A DNA stretch of 63,950 nt, the filler included. It is 14 parts of 14 records of this genome, joined end to end, with 100 filler letters (N's around TTAATTAATTAA, not from the genome) between each part and the next. Parts side by side here need not be neighbours in the genome. Positions count along the whole stretch, not along the records: positions 35,045 to 41,160 come from SRR7504441_78672; positions 41,261 to 45,083 come from SRR7504441_79318; positions 45,184 to 49,034 come from SRR7504441_79340; positions 49,135 to 52,463 come from SRR7504441_80122; 10 more parts are not named here. One strand, written 5' to 3'. Shown here one piece after another: positions 35,185-49,209 of the stretch (position 1 is the stretch's first letter; every line of letters starts with the position of its first letter). The notes below the pieces were generated by a model. It did no database searches, had not been told where the DNA came from, and was given only the letters and a program-made list of their open reading frames with translations. Both the position numbers and the translations under genes were made by a program.

Positions 35185-38100
35185 CTACAACGCGCTCGCA
35201 TCATTATGCGTGATCAGATGTCGTAATGTTTGCCCAATTCTATACCTATAATTCCCAGATGGCTCACGTTGCAAGCTGTCAATCGATCCGCAGAGAGCTA
35301 GCCCTCCCCATGGTGTGTTGCCGCACCCGCCTGCATTGAGCAGTAAGTCAGATGTCATAATATGTTTGGCGCACCTTCGCGGAGCTCCCTCATGGCACAG
35401 TCCAAATATAAGACTGTTCTCGCCCACTCTCCCAGCAAACTCTTCCTCCACCTTGCAAACAACATGTCTCACAGGCGGCCCACCACCAAGCTCACCACAG
35501 CATCCATCGCAAGCTCCTTGTAGCTGACAGCTCTGGGCTCCACAGCAACAGGCGTCCAGCGAGACCATTCTCGGTCGTCAACACCCAGCCTCGTCTGCAA
35601 CCTAGACATTACTTGCGATACTGTCTCTGTCGGCCTGCCATGAATGTCAGCAAGTTTTAAACCATTTGATTCCTCGGACCTGATGCACAGCACCGCAGGC
35701 ATCTCAAACGCAAATGTGCCTTGCTTGTTGCGCCATACATGGTTGACCTGCACTCTCCGACCTCGTGCAGGGCCACGTGTCTCATTGGCCTCCCGAGGCT
35801 CCCGAGGGTGAGTATAGAAGAACATGTCGTCTCTGGGCACTAGCTCCGCCACCAGCAGGGCAGACTGCCAACCCATCAGGGAGCAGCCCACATGCAAAAA
35901 GCTACCTGATCCAGCCGAACCAGCGGGTGGCCAGCGCGCACACACATAGCGTCCGTCATACTCGTCTCCGGGAAGTACGTAAAGTACCTGATTCACACGG
36001 ACTGTCAACGAACCAGTCCCTCAGGAAGCATACCTAATCTCTCGGTCTTCTGGTATGATAATCCCACCCAAGTCAGGCTCACAGAGATAAGTCTGCACGT
36101 CTTCTATAGTCGATGACTGCAAGCGCGTGGATCAGTACTGTCAGCCTCGGGGTAGCGGAAGCACCTTTTCCAGAAGGATCCTGTGTTTAATAGGGGTAGC
36201 GCTTGTCTCGGTGTCGAGCCATTCGACGTTGACATAGAACCCGTTCTGAACCTCCTTGACTGCGTCGCTGAGGATCTCGTAGAAGAAGAGATAACGAGAT
36301 TGCTCATACATGCTCTGATGCTCGAGTGTGGACAGCAAGGTAGTGAAAGAGTCGACCTCGATCGGAGTCTCATCCGGGATGATTTGGCGTAGCCCGTAAC
36401 TCCGCGCAGGCAGGTAGAGCTGCACGTGATCTGCGTCTGGCAATTCAGGCTGGTCTGTGCGCGTGGCCTCCCGTAGTTGCTGGGCACAGCTGGCTTGCAG
36501 CTGGGCACAAATAGTCGCAGTCACTTGCTCATAGTTCATTCTTAGATCCAGCTTGCAGCGCATTCCTGGCGGCAGCCCAGTTTGAGGTGCGTCTGGGCTG
36601 TAAAAGTCGGCTTTGCTGATCAGCTCCACCGGCACCATGCTCAGATGTCTCTCGAGCAGGTTGAGATTGTCTATCGTGTCATCCGCGTTCATGATGTATA
36701 GGACCTCTCCCATGATCAACTCTTCGGATATTTTTCTTTGCCAATTGTGAAGTGTCAAGGCTGAGTTCGAGCTCTCTCTCTTCGCTAAAAGAGTCTTCTC
36801 GCCCCAATTTGTAGGGTACGACTCCAGAAAGGCGCGGAATGTAGTGTCATTGTCTACCATGACAGCCTTCAGCTCTTCGAAATCTCTATTCACAACGTGG
36901 CCATTCTGCTCCTGACTACTATTCTGTACGCAGAATATCACCAGGTGGCCTTTCTCGTCAGAACCATGACTGCCTATTGCACGGCGATAATCGAATTCCG
37001 ATAGCTCCATGGCTACAATATGCAACGGGGGATACATACGCATCTGTTCGAGTATGTCCGAAATCTGCAGTTGTAGCGGTATGCAGTGCAGTCTTTCCCT
37101 CCCATAGTAGAGCCACAATGTCCACATAGTACGCCCAGTTTTGTCTGTTAACTCCCCTAACTCTTCAGTCAGCTGTTTAGCCATCATTTCTTTGTTTAAC
37201 CTCATGGGCCGGATGGCGTTCCAATCGACCGGTATGTCCTCCTTGATTGTGCACAGCTCAGCTGCTTCTTTGTAATCGTGTGGAAACATTGCCAACTGTA
37301 CATCCGCCTGTAAGTGCTGAAGCCGCATTTCCTCTTCCTGGCGCTTTTGAGCCTCTAGTTCACGGTCTCTCCTCTCCTCGAGGTGAGCCGGCGCCTGGAC
37401 CTCACTACATCTAGGTACCTTGTCCAGCCAGTCCTCGCGGACGTACACAAGCATGTAGGCATTCGTGCGCTTTGGCATCCCACGGCGCACCCCTTGCTCA
37501 ATCTCACCCCCATACCCATCGTCCATCCATCTGGTATCAACCACCTCACGCACTTCATCGTCGTCGAACTTGTACCACTTGCTCCCGGGAGCATGCCGCA
37601 GGTACACGTAGTAGTGCCCGGCATGTACGTCGCCCCCATGGATGAGCACCGAATGAAGCACGTACACGTTGTCCACAGGCTCAGCGGCAGCCGCTGCTTC
37701 AGTGCTGCTTGGTGCGTCAGCAGGCGGTCCTTCCCCAGACGGACCGGCTTCGGCTGGGCCAGCGTTGCCTTGCTGCAAAGGACGATTCTCACCGGCTGCA
37801 GCACCTGGCTGGGCCGCTTCCTCTGCAGCTGCCGGTGGCTCACTAGGCGCAGCCCCTGGTTCAGCGGCATCGCTTTGTATATACTTGTTCAGATCGAGCC
37901 GATCTGGGAACTCAAACCTATCGTTGACCTGAGCCATCACAGCTTAGCGCAAAAGTAAAGTGCCGCAAACCTTGACCATCATGTCGCGCTGGAAGTCATA
38001 CTCGAAGCGCATCAGGTGGATGTGCAGCACCGGTGGGAGCGAAAGGAACCGCTTGCCCATCTTGGCATCCTACCCACCAGATCACAACTCCGGCCCTGTA

Positions 38101-39683
38101 GATTTGCTCACCTGCAGCCCGTGTCCCTCTGCTTGATACTTGTTCTCGCCGTCCATTGTCTCGACTTCAATGTACTTATCGAACGCAGCATAAATGTTCT
38201 GCGCCACATGGATCAGTTTGCAGAACGACCCCGGCGATACCCCGAGCCCCTTGACGTTCAATGAGATATCATAAAACTCCTCCTCGCGAGTCGAGCGGAA
38301 GTCGACGTTGATGCAGGCTATATAGTTCTCGAGTCTCCCCTTAAACATATCCGCCAGCGCGCCCTCAAGGTCCGTCCCCTTCATTTTCTCCTCAAGCTTA
38401 TCAAACAGCAGTCGGCATAGCTCTTGCACATCATGCTGTTCAAAAGCTTCCATCCCATCCCATCCAAACGCTTGGGTGAGCTCCCTTGTGCTGACCGCCT
38501 TTGAGGTAACCTGAAGCGCAAAGAACACGCGCTGCAGCGCAAGCACGATGCTCCGTTCGCTTTTGTCCCGAGAGACGGCCGCCTTAATGTCCTGAGTGGG
38601 TATGCCGTATACCGATCTACGGAACTCAGTGAGATGGTAAAGAGTCTGCAGCAGCGAATTCATGTAGCAGGTCGCCCCTTGGTTGTCAAACCCAACGTAA
38701 CCAGTCTCCTCCTTTGAGTCGTACGGCAACCAATGCTCCCGCTCGCTCCCTGGCCAGCCCAACCTTAACTGCGGCCAGACACTGCGCAGCGAACCTTCCA
38801 ACCGCCACAGCTCGATGTGCAGATGCAACCACCCGCTCCCTGGGTGATCACCGGGGTGCACATATTTCTCCTTGACGTGATCTATCGCGCTTATCGGAGC
38901 CATCAGCATGCTCTTCATCTGTAGCGACAGGTCACGCAGCCCAGGCGGTCCAGGTGAAACCGTGTGATCCTTTGAGAACCCGAAACGAAATCGCTGCATG
39001 AAATCACTCTGACTGTTATCCTGTGCACATCAGCCGTACTGAGTTGGGTCCGAGCACGCTGGGGGCACCACAGGGAGTAGCCGGCAGACCACGTGCAGTG
39101 CTTCCTTGGCTTTCGGTTCATGCTGCGCATCCAGAAGACTGATCCCTGCAGTCAGCCCGTGCTGGGTATCACATTTCATCCAGAGCTGCCACTGATGCCC
39201 CTCAAATTCAAACGGCTCCATTAGAGCCGGCTGCGACCGCACAGCGCCTCAGCCTGCGCCGCGGCCCGCGGCACACCGAGTCATTTTTCAACTCCGTGGT
39301 GTGAACTCGGAAGGTCTTTATGTACTGCGCCGGCGGCAGGGCGGGTTGCGTCACTGGTCCTGCCGCAGGCATCAGTGAGCACTTCTCGTTTCGTCGGGCA
39401 ATCCTAGACCGTGGTTCAAATGACTATCAGCGCACCTTCGGCCTCGATCACTCGGTCCGACGAGACGCGGCTCCGATGGCCGGGATGACGCCGCAACCGC
39501 GCCCGCTCATCACCGTCATCTGCCAGCCGAGCGCTCATCGGAAACGGCAGCGAGGCCAGCGGGACCGCCGAGCATGGAGGCGGTGCCATTGTCGTCGTAC
39601 TCGACCCCGGAGGACTCGCCGTCCGAGTAGCTGCTGTCCTCCTCCTCCGAGTCTGGATGCCCTCCCATGGCATTGCCCTGCAT
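35185..39683 (-). CDS. USP7/Ubp15-like deubiquitinase (MATH-like, USP, UBL region)
   Basis: YDSKEETGYVGFDNQGATCYMNSLLQ, QHDVQE, VNDRFEFP, HGGDVHAGHYY, WYKFDD, NAYMLVY; N-terminal MATH-like FEFEGHQWQLW...FGF. Several short introns; ends approximate. Confidence 0.88.
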
Positions 39684-39817
39684 GCCGTCTTGGGCTTCCA
39701 GCACAGCGCGTAGCTCTCGGGCGGTCTTCTTCTCTCGCGGCCCCGGTGCTGCCCTGCCCGAGCCCGCACCACCAACGGACAGACTTGCGAGAAGTCCAAA
39801 ACCCTGAGAAGAAGCAC

Positions 39818-40821
39818 ATGGCCGGGGGTGAATAGCAACCGGTTGCTCCCGGCTGAGCCGCGGGTCGGCAGGCGGCGGCTCGCTCATCTTCGCCGCGGTG
39901 TACCGCCGCGGTGGCCACAAGGAGCCGCTGTCCAGTGCGCCGAGCACGGCTGCTGGTGGCTTAGGCCGGGTGGCCGGCAGGCTCGTGGATCTGCGAGGAT
40001 TTGACCGGGAACATAGAGGACATTTGCTCCGAGCTGGTGTCCTCGTACAACAAAATCGAGACCACCTGCTTCACCAACGACAGGTACCCCCGCCCACCGC
40101 TGCCGCCCTTCTGATTGGTTCGGCGAAGCTTTTCGTTCCTAATCAGCGGCACCGAGGGCGGGCTGGTTTTCATCGTAGCGTTCCACCAAAAGCTGGGGAT
40201 GGGCCTGCCGCGGCTGTATATTCGCGAAATTCAGCAGAAGTTTACGCAGGCCTACGGCAGCAGGATCGGTACAGGGCCCGGACGGGGTCAGGGCGAGCGG
40301 TGGGTGGCAGGCGCGGAGGAGCTGACCACGCCGATGATTGGGCGGGGGTACGCGGAGTTCGATGCGATCATAAAGAACTATGGGGAGAAGCTGATGCAGG
40401 AGAACCCGAAGAATAAGACGGATCAGCTGGTGGAACATGTCAAGGATATCATGATAGAGAACATGGACAAGGTGTTGCCCCAAGCTGCGCGGGTTCTCAG
40501 TGCTCGCTCTGGCAGGCTCTGAGCAGAAATACAAAGATTGAGGTGATCCTAAAGGACGCAGAATCGCTCAAGCAAACGGTGTGCCCTTCTGTTGGCTGCC
40601 CAGTAAGAGCGGCTTGCAGAGTATGAAGTTCCATAACGATGCTGTGGACGCCAAGCGGCGGATGTGCTGGAAGAACTACAGATGCTGGGTGGCGATTGCG
40701 CTAGCATGCGTGGTACCGCCCAGCAAGCTCTGTGTAGAGTTATGAGTGTTGCCGCATGCAGGTGGTGTTACTCGCCATACTCATGATTGCTTGTGATCCG
40801 GATTTCTCCAAATGCAAGTAA
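39818..40821 (+). CDS. VAMP7: VAMP7-like longin R-SNARE
   Basis: Longin N-terminus (LIFAAVY...), SNARE motif VEHVKDIMIENMDK|ALSRNTKIE, KRRMCWKN and a C-terminal TM helix; about 7 short introns. Confidence 0.85.
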
Positions 40822-41487
40822 TTACTTTATGTACGTAGCTGCAGATCATTTGGAAGGTTTGTCATCGATTTATTAAAGTAGTAGTTTATTCAAAGTTAAA
40901 ACAATCTTGTTAACTGTATTAATACGTCTCTTCACGAGATACAAATCCCAGCTCCCTCAAATCAGACATGTACGGCTATTACGTATAACGGCTTATTATA
41001 CGGTAAATCCGGTTGACTAGTTCGCTAGTTCAGCTCACGAATCGAGATCATGTTGTAGTATGGTTGGCCCATCTGTTGGACCTTTCCGGGCTTGGCCACC
41101 ATAAGTGCAGTCACCCTATAGTGAAATCGTAGTCGCATCCGAGATGAGTGACAAGATCTANNNNNNNNNNNNNNNNNNNNNNNNNNNNNNNNNNNNNNNN
41201 NNNNTTAATTAATTAANNNNNNNNNNNNNNNNNNNNNNNNNNNNNNNNNNNNNNNNNNNNCCAAAGATACCCAATAGCGAATTAATACCCGGTGTCACTT
41301 GGCGGAGCTGAACGCACGGGAGTCCAGGAATAACAATAATAATGGCTGTGGTGTCTGGCGCCAATGCAAGTTGAGGCCTGCCGGGCGGGCGACCGGGGGC
41401 TGCGGGTGCGGGTCCGGCCCCCGGCGGCGGCCCGGGGCCTGCCTCTGCGTGTTTCGGCCTACTGCACCCAGCCGGGCCTCTAGGGGC

Positions 41488-42065
41488 ATGTCACTGGCAC
41501 GGCACCAGCTGCCTACGAGTGGCCAGAATGGAGGGTCAGAGCTCGGCTCAGACCACCAAAGCGCCAACAGATCTCCATCCGAGGTGCCGGCGATGCGCTT
41601 AGTAGCTGTGCGTCTGAGCGCTGGGCCATGCAGAGTGTGGTTGTCGATGCGGTGGCTGCAGCTCCAGCTCATTTGGAAGAGCCTAGCACTCAGCTGCGGG
41701 ATCCTGAGACCGAAAGAACAGCACAACTGACAGAGCTGGTGGGGTCGCGAGCAGCTGAGTTGCCGATCAAGGACCTTTTTGTGGACCCGTTGCGCGATGT
41801 GTTGGCTGGGATTGAAGAGCCCCCCAAGCCAGTTCTGGAGGCAGCAGGTCGGGCGCTGTGCCGTGCCAAGGCAAAGGTCGCCCTGCGCGTTTGGCGTTGA
41901 TGACCGGGTTTTAATTTACAGGCGGTCAAGTTTTGCCCAGTGTGTGCGTTTGGAATAAACGTGACGAGCCGCTGCCCAGACCATGGCGAACAATGGCTCG
42001 AAGGTGCAATTATTGCTCAAGAGAAACGGCGAGCAGAGCTAGAGGCGGCCGCGCAAGGCAACTAG
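41488..42065 (+). CDS. Hypothetical protein with CxxC...CxxH motif
   Basis: Spliced ORFs give ...KAK|AVKFCPVCAFG...RCPDHG...TAG; start uncertain. Confidence 0.4.
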
Positions 42066-42090
42066 TCGCGTACTGATCAATTCGTAATTA

Positions 42091-42251
42091 ACTAATTGTT
42101 GTATCTACGTACTAATTGTTGTATCTTGTACATTCATCATATTATTCACCGCCCGTCTATGTGTGGGCTTATTGGACAGTACTTGCTACGTACGTATGTC
42201 AAATCCTATGTCTATCATCAAATCCTATGTCAAATCTATGTCAAATCTATG
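42091..42251. repeat. Short tandem duplications in convergent intergenic DNA
   Basis: actaattgttgtatct twice, and (tgtcaaatc[c]ta)-like units about four times. Confidence 0.7.
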
Positions 42252-42319
42252 AATGTCAGAACTATTACTTTTCAATGATTGTTACTTCGCGGTGTGGGCG
42301 ACTCCAACAGGCTCACAAC

Positions 42320-45083
42320 TCAGGTATCGAGGGATACCTCGCTTGGACTCATCCTGCCGCCCATGGTAGGCAAGGTCGAAGCCCCACTCCGCTGCAGCGC
42401 CGACTCCTCGTGCATCCGATTTGTCTCAAACTCCGAGACCAGCAAGCTCCTCAAATTCTCCACATTCACCTCCGACGCCACTTTCTCCTCTCGCAGCTGC
42501 CCGATCACAGTGTCCCTCATGATCAATTCGGTCTCGAGCCTCTTCAAATTGAGCTCGGCCTCCAGCCGCTCCTGATCGTTCACTGCCAGCTCCGCTTTGA
42601 GCTTCTGCAGGCTCCGCCTGAGCTCGCGCTCACTTGAGACTACTCCAGTCATCTCGAGATCGGTCGACCTGAGCTCGTTCTTGACCATCCGCAACTCAAG
42701 GCTCATCGTGACCACCTCCCGCCGAAAGGCCGCCTGCGCCCGCCAGCAGTGCCAGCTGCTCATTAGACTGCGCTGCACCGCTAGTGGAGACGCCTGGGCC
42801 TTCCGCCGGATCTGCTGTGCGTTCTGTGCCTGGGCGATTGCCTGGTCTCGAACCCTGGCTTGTCGCTTGAGCTGGCTCACTTCCCCGTCTTTTGCCTTCA
42901 TCTGCACCTTTAGCTCGTCGAGCGAGCTCTCAGTCAACTGCCTCTTACGCTCCTTTGCAGCCAGCTCCGCCTTGAGCTCGGCGAGTTGCCACTCTTGCTT
43001 CTCCGTGCTTCGCTCTAGATCTTTCTCCCTCGAGCACTGCGATTGGTTCTCTGCCCGGAGCCCCGCTGTCTCCCTCTCCGCAGTTTCCACTGCAGCCTGC
43101 AGCCGAGAGATCTCGGACTCCAGGGACTGGGCCAGCTGCTTCCGAGCCTTGTGTTCCTCGTTGGCTGCCCGACTCTCATCCTGCTGCATTGCCAACTCTG
43201 CTTCCACACGGCTCAGGCTCTTCTGTGCATCCTCATCCCGTGACAAGAGCAATGTGTGCTCTGCCATTTTGCTTTCGAGATCGGCTTCCAGCGATGCCAC
43301 ACGCAGCTTGAGCTGCTCTTCTCGCTGCAGCGCTTCAGCATGCTTTCCTTCTAACGCTGTGAAGTCCAAGTCTTGCGATTCCAGGAGCCCGCGCATGCGG
43401 CTTGTGTGCTGCTCCAGCTCGCTGCTTCTCTGAGATGTCGACAGTTGCTCTCGCGCCAGCTCCTCAAGCTCAGCTTCCTTTTTCTTGAGCGCAGCTTCTG
43501 TCTTATCCTTCATTGAAGCCTCTGCCCAAAGCGCTTTGCCTCTTGAGAGCGACGCCGCCAGCTCGCGCTCCTGCTCTTTCAGCTCATGCTCCTTCTCGAA
43601 CACAGTGTCTTTTAGCTTGCGCATCTCCTCCTCCAGCGTTTGTATCTGCTGCCTCTCGGACTGCAGCTTGGCTATACTCTCTGCGTTCTCCAGCTCTCTG
43701 GCACTGTAATTTTCACTCAAGTTGGAGTATTGTTTTGTCCGATGGGTGAGCTCGGCATTCAGTTTGGTGTAGCTGCTTTCTAGTGCTGTCTCTCTTGATG
43801 AAGATTGAACCAGTTTCTTGTCCAGCTCCTTCGACTCTCTGGTCTTGGCTTCCAGCTCAGCTCGAAGCCGGGCCAAATCATCGAGAAATCCTTGTTCCTT
43901 GGCTGACCACGCTGCATGCTGCGTGGCTAACTCCTGCTCAAGCACTCCGCTTCGCCTCTCGCGCGCTGAGATTTGGCTTTGCATTTGGATTGTGGTGGCC
44001 TGATCTTGCGATTTTAGTGAGTCAAGCTCCTGCTGCAGTCGCCAACACTCGCGCTCCTGAGTTACTAGCTCCTCATTCAGCCTGACAACATCTTCCTTCA
44101 GGTTCTTCCTATCGTGTGACACGAACCACATGCGCCAGCACTGCCAAGACTCCAAAAACACATTCCTCAAAAGAGACAGCCGGCGTGCGTCCAGGTAGCT
44201 ACTCATTGTGACCCTATGCGTGTCCTTGAGTCGCAATGCTTGGTGCTCCTGTTCTTTCTCCCTCGACAGAGACGAGGCAAGCTCAGTTTGCAACCCTCCC
44301 AGCTGGGCCTCCTTGTGTTCCAGTGCGGCTGCCAGTTCGCTGCATCTTGATAGCAGTTCCTCACGCTCTCTGTCCCAGCTTACTTGAAGCATAGAAGTCA
44401 GTTCGTGCATCTCCTTCTCCCGTGCACCTGCGGCCTCTAGCTCTCCTTTCTTGAGATTCAATTCAGCATGAGATTTGCCTAGATCCTTGGCTAGCTCCTG
44501 CTGCCTTAGTGATGAGAGATCTTCCCTGCTTTCTGCCACCCGTTTCAATTTTCCCAGCTCTCGCTCTCTCCCTTGGGCATCAAGCTCCAGGTCATTCAAG
44601 CGCTCCAGGGCCTGCTGTTCTCGCATCAAGGCTATCCTATGCTCGTCCTTCATCTGACCAAGCGCTGTGGTCTGTGATTCCAACTCCTGTTTGAGGCTCG
44701 ACACTATCTGCTCCTGCTCAATCTCCCTGCATACGGAATGAGCCAGCTGCGCTTCCAGTCCCTTTACTTCGACCTCCTTATCCTGTACTTTAGCCTCCAA
44801 TCCGATATTCTTGTGCTGATTCTGACGCAGTTGGCGCCACAATCGCCACGACTTGAGCGATGAAACCAACCTTGCAAAGTCAACAACATGCCACACGCGC
44901 TGGGTCACTTCACCTAACCTTGTGCGACTTTCCATTTTTCTGTCAGCATTTGTCCTCCAAGTTCTAAGACATCGACCAGAAGCATTGTGCATATACCTGG
45001 CTGCAGCATACATGAGCTTTACAGCCTTTTCTGATTGCTTTCTGGCTGCTGAATGCCATTGCCTCATTGCTCTCGCGCCCTGT
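42320..45083 (-). CDS. Long coiled-coil protein with Sfi1-like Trp repeats, 5'-partial
   Basis: Over 900-aa intronless ORF with E/L/K/Q heptads and repeated xWxxWR motifs. Confidence 0.75.
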
Positions 45084-45183
45084 NNNNNNNNNNNNNNNNN
45101 NNNNNNNNNNNNNNNNNNNNNNNNNNNTTAATTAATTAANNNNNNNNNNNNNNNNNNNNNNNNNNNNNNNNNNNNNNNNNNNN

Positions 45184-45484
45184 GGTCAAGGGAGCAGTTG
45201 TACAGTGCATTGCTCATTGGAGAGAGGCAAGACGGGAGGAAAAGCGATCATTAAAGTTTGTGCTGGCCATGCAGACTTCAGGGATGCAGCTGGTGAACAA
45301 AGTTCTTGCCGGCTGGACAAAGGGGAGAATGGATCTAAATACAGTTCGATGCATAGCCTCGTGGAGAGAATCTAGGCAGAAGCAGATCTTTGCAGCTGAG
45401 ATAAAGAGGAGGAAAGCTGCGGAAGCTGCTTTGGCGGAGCTTCAAGAGGAGGAGCTAGCCAAAAAAATGGCCAAGCTTAAGTGA
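45184..45484 (+). CDS. C-terminal fragment of a helical protein with Sfi1-like WRE repeats
   Basis: Two CIAxWRE repeats, TGA stop, then AT-rich sequence. Confidence 0.5.
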
Positions 45485-45648
45485 AGGCGAGCTCGCTAGC
45501 GTCCATCGTGCGATTGTGGAGTTCTTTGTAGATGTGTTAAATAATTTTTAATCGTTGATCGAGTCGAGTTCTAAATAATTACCAAAATTTCGTAAGAGTT
45601 GGTGCATAGGGCACAAATACTTGATGCAGGAAACCCTGTATAAGAGAC

Positions 45649-48600
45649 TTATGCACTGTGGAGCTTCTTCATATCAGCTAGGAGGTCCTCATCGATTGTG
45701 ACTTTAGAAGCAGACTCCACAAAATCCGGAATTTCGTCAAAGTTAAGGTAGCGGTAGATTTCTCCAGACATTGAGTCCAGCTTGCTCTGGTACTCAAGAT
45801 ACTCCTCAAACGTGGGGAGCTTACCCATCACTGCGGCCACAGACGCGAGCTCTGCCGATGCCAGGTACACGTCGGCCCCATTTCCAAGTCGGTTGGGGAA
45901 GTTCCTTGTTGATGTCGACACGCACGTTGTCTTGTCAGCAACCCGAGCCTGGTTGCCCATGCAAAGCGAGCAGCCAGGCATTTCAGTCCGTGCCCCGACC
46001 CGGCCGTATGTGTAATAGTAGCCCTCTGCGTGCAGCTGTGCAGCATCCATCTTGGTCGGAGGGCACACCCAAAGCTTAGTGGGCACAGAGCCAGGGACCT
46101 CCTCCAGCAGTTTACCAGCAGCCCGGAAATGTCCAATGTTTGTCATGCACGATCCAATGAACACCTCGTCGATGGGAGTGCCAGCAACTTCAGCGAGGGT
46201 CTTGGCGTCATCTGGGTCGTTCGGGCAGCACACGATCGGCTCCTTGATGTCCTCGAGGTCGATGTGGAACTCATAAGCATACTCGGCCTCTTTATCCGCC
46301 CGCATCAGCTTGGGATCCGCAAGCCAAGCCTCCATCTTAGCAATACGCCGCTCGAGTGTGCGCACGTCGCCGTAGCCCTCTGAGATCATCCACTTGAGCA
46401 TCACAACGTTCGAGTTCAGGTATTCCCTGATTGGAGCCTCATTGAGAGCAATCGAGCACCCGGCAGCAGATCGCTCAGCAGACGCGTCGGACAGTTCGAA
46501 TGCCTGCTCGCACTTGAGGTCCTCGAGTCCCTCGATCTCGAGCACCCGGCCGTTGAAGACGTTGATCTTGTTGGCCTTGGGCACAGTGAGCTGCCCCTCT
46601 TCGATCGCCCGGAGAGGGATTGCGTGCACGAGGTCTCTCAGCGTGATCCCAGGCTGGATTTTGCCAGAGAAACGCACCAGCACAGACTCTGGCATATCCA
46701 ATGGCATCACGCCTGTAGTGGCCGCGAATGCCACAAGCCCGGAGCCCGCAGGGAATGAAATCCCCAACGGGAACCGTGTGTGCGAGTCGCCTCCCTGATG
46801 GGGCGGTCAGTACGCGGTCTGTTTCGGGCGGAGTACCGTGCCAACGCAGTCAGGGATCAGCATCCTGTTGAGCCACGAGTGGATGATTCCATCACCAACC
46901 TTGAGCGAAACGCCGCCTGCCCGGCAGCTCCGGCCAGTCACCCAGCAGGCAGAGTCACCTCGTGTCCGGATAAAATCTGGTAGCGTAAACTGCATCGCCA
47001 CATCCGACGGCTTGGGGTAGGCAGCCGTGTGGCAGAACGACTGCATCACAAGATCCGCCGAGAACCCGAGGCACGCCAGGTCCTTGAGCTCGTCCCGGGT
47101 CATGGGACCGGTGGTATCCTGCTCGCCATGAGTCAGGCTGACCCGTGTGGGCAGCTGCCTGCGAGCCGACTGTGGTCATCTTGGGCTCACAGAACTGCCC
47201 TGGAAGCACGCCCTCCATCCCACAGGCCTTGCCCACCATCTTCTGCGCCAGTGTGTACCTGCCACTGGCTTCACACTGCCTGGGCCGCCAGCCCGCACCC
47301 TTTGACGCTGTCTGCACCCTCCGGAGGAGGTGCTTGTCTGAAGATTGTCGTTTCGGGGAGTCCGAGGGTCTCACGGGCCTTGGCCGTCACGTTCCGGCCG
47401 ATGATGAGCGGGATACGGCCGCCGGCCTGGACCTCGTCCCTGAGGACCTCGGTCTTGAGTGCGAAAGTGCTCAACTCCTGCGCTCACCCCTCAGCGACTT
47501 GCCGCTCGAGAGAGCACCTCGCCAGTTTCATGGTCCGTGACCACTCCGTTGACAGTGTCAACATCGATCACCCGGCCCATGTGCAGCTTGTCCACATCCA
47601 TCTCGAGCGGGAGCGCACCGGCGTCCTCCATCGTGTTGTAGAAGATCGGTGCAATCTTATTCCCAATGCACACTCCGCCTGCGCGCGGCTCGACAACCGG
47701 GCTGGGGCCAGGTCGCACCGCCCCGCTTGTTGGGCAGGTACGGGATGTCGTCTCCCATGTACCACAGCACCGAGTTCGTGGCCGACTTTCGCGACGATCC
47801 AGTCCCGACCTGTGCAGCCGTCACACCCGGCGCCTGGCGCAACACGCACCACGTCGCCCGTGTACACGAGCTGGTGGCCCTTGGCCTTGAGCTCCTTCAT
47901 CAGGGCCTGCGCGTCGTCGATCCCGTCGCGCGCGATCTTGAGCATAGCCAGCCCGTGCAGCGGGATGTCAGGACGAGACCAAGCGTCGGGTGCAGGCGAT
48001 AGGTCGTCTGTGTTGGTCTCTCCTGTGACTTTGAAGACGGTGAGCGTGTACTTCTCCTGGAGCTTCGGCTTCGAGGTGAACCACTCGGCCTCGGCCCAAG
48101 ATTCGAGCACTGCGGTCGCGTTTGCGTTGCCCGCTTTGTGCAGGTCGACAATGTCATGGTATGCATCATACACCAGCGTGATGTGCTGCACACACCGGTG
48201 AGCTAGATCCCGGGCTGGAGCACACCTTGAGCTGATCAGCCGCCAGCGCCCCGAGGCCGCTGTCCTCGAGCAGTTCGATCTGCCCAGGATTCAGCACCCG
48301 CCCACCCCGCCCGCGAGCACCAGCGGCGCGACGCAATAGCCGCCCTGCATGGTTCCGAGTAGCTTGACCGCCTCCTCCCGGGACACGATCGGGCTGCTGG
48401 TCTCGCCCTTGGCCACCGCACTCAGGAAACCCACCTGCGGCCGGCGGCTGGCCCTGGGGCCCCGCGGGCTCAGCGGTTGCCTTCACGTAGGCGGCCTCGT
48501 CGACTCCGGGCGGGATCCGGTTGGTGAGCAGGTCGAGCACGGCGTCGCCTTCGTCCTTGGGGTCCTGGGCCAGCTCGACCAGCGCGGCGCATTGCTCGGC

Positions 48601-48795
48601 GTCGATCGGTTTGGGCGGCATCTCGGCGGTCGGGTGGAGCGCAGCCCGCTCCTCGATCTGGGCTTGGTATTGCTCCATGAAAGCCGAGGCGAACCGAGCC
48701 CCGGAGGTCCGCTGAAACATCGATGCCGACACCCCAGGCACCCGGCTCTGCCGCATCATCCACCGCCGCGCTACGTTCATACCGGCGGGCAGCAT
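45649..48795 (-). CDS. acnB: Aconitate hydratase B (bacterial-type AcnB) with mitochondrial-like presequence
   Basis: [84 protein letters not shown]; 10 short introns; Arg/Ser-rich, acid-free N-terminal 35 aa. Confidence 0.95.
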
Positions 48796-49209
48796 AGTCG
48801 CTCGCAACCGATTTGCCGTTGGAAAATGCGGCCCGGGTGGTTGCTCGGCTGGGCCACGTGCCAGTGGGTGGCGGCGGGGGGTGCGAGGCTCGAGTTCGGA
48901 GGGCCCAGCATCGTGGCCGGCCCCGAGTGCCCGACAAGCCAGGGCGGGGTGCGCCGCCCCCACCTGCAGGGTGACCGGCGGTCGCAGGGGCCGTGGTGGG
49001 GGGGTGGCTGGGGCGGGGCAGGCTGGGCGGCACCNNNNNNNNNNNNNNNNNNNNNNNNNNNNNNNNNNNNNNNNNNNNTTAATTAATTAANNNNNNNNNN
49101 NNNNNNNNNNNNNNNNNNNNNNNNNNNNNNNNNNCGGCAGACAGGCGACCGATTGGGGCCTCCCCCTGTGTGCAGCCGCACAGACCTAAGCAGCACCGCT
49201 CAGAACAAG

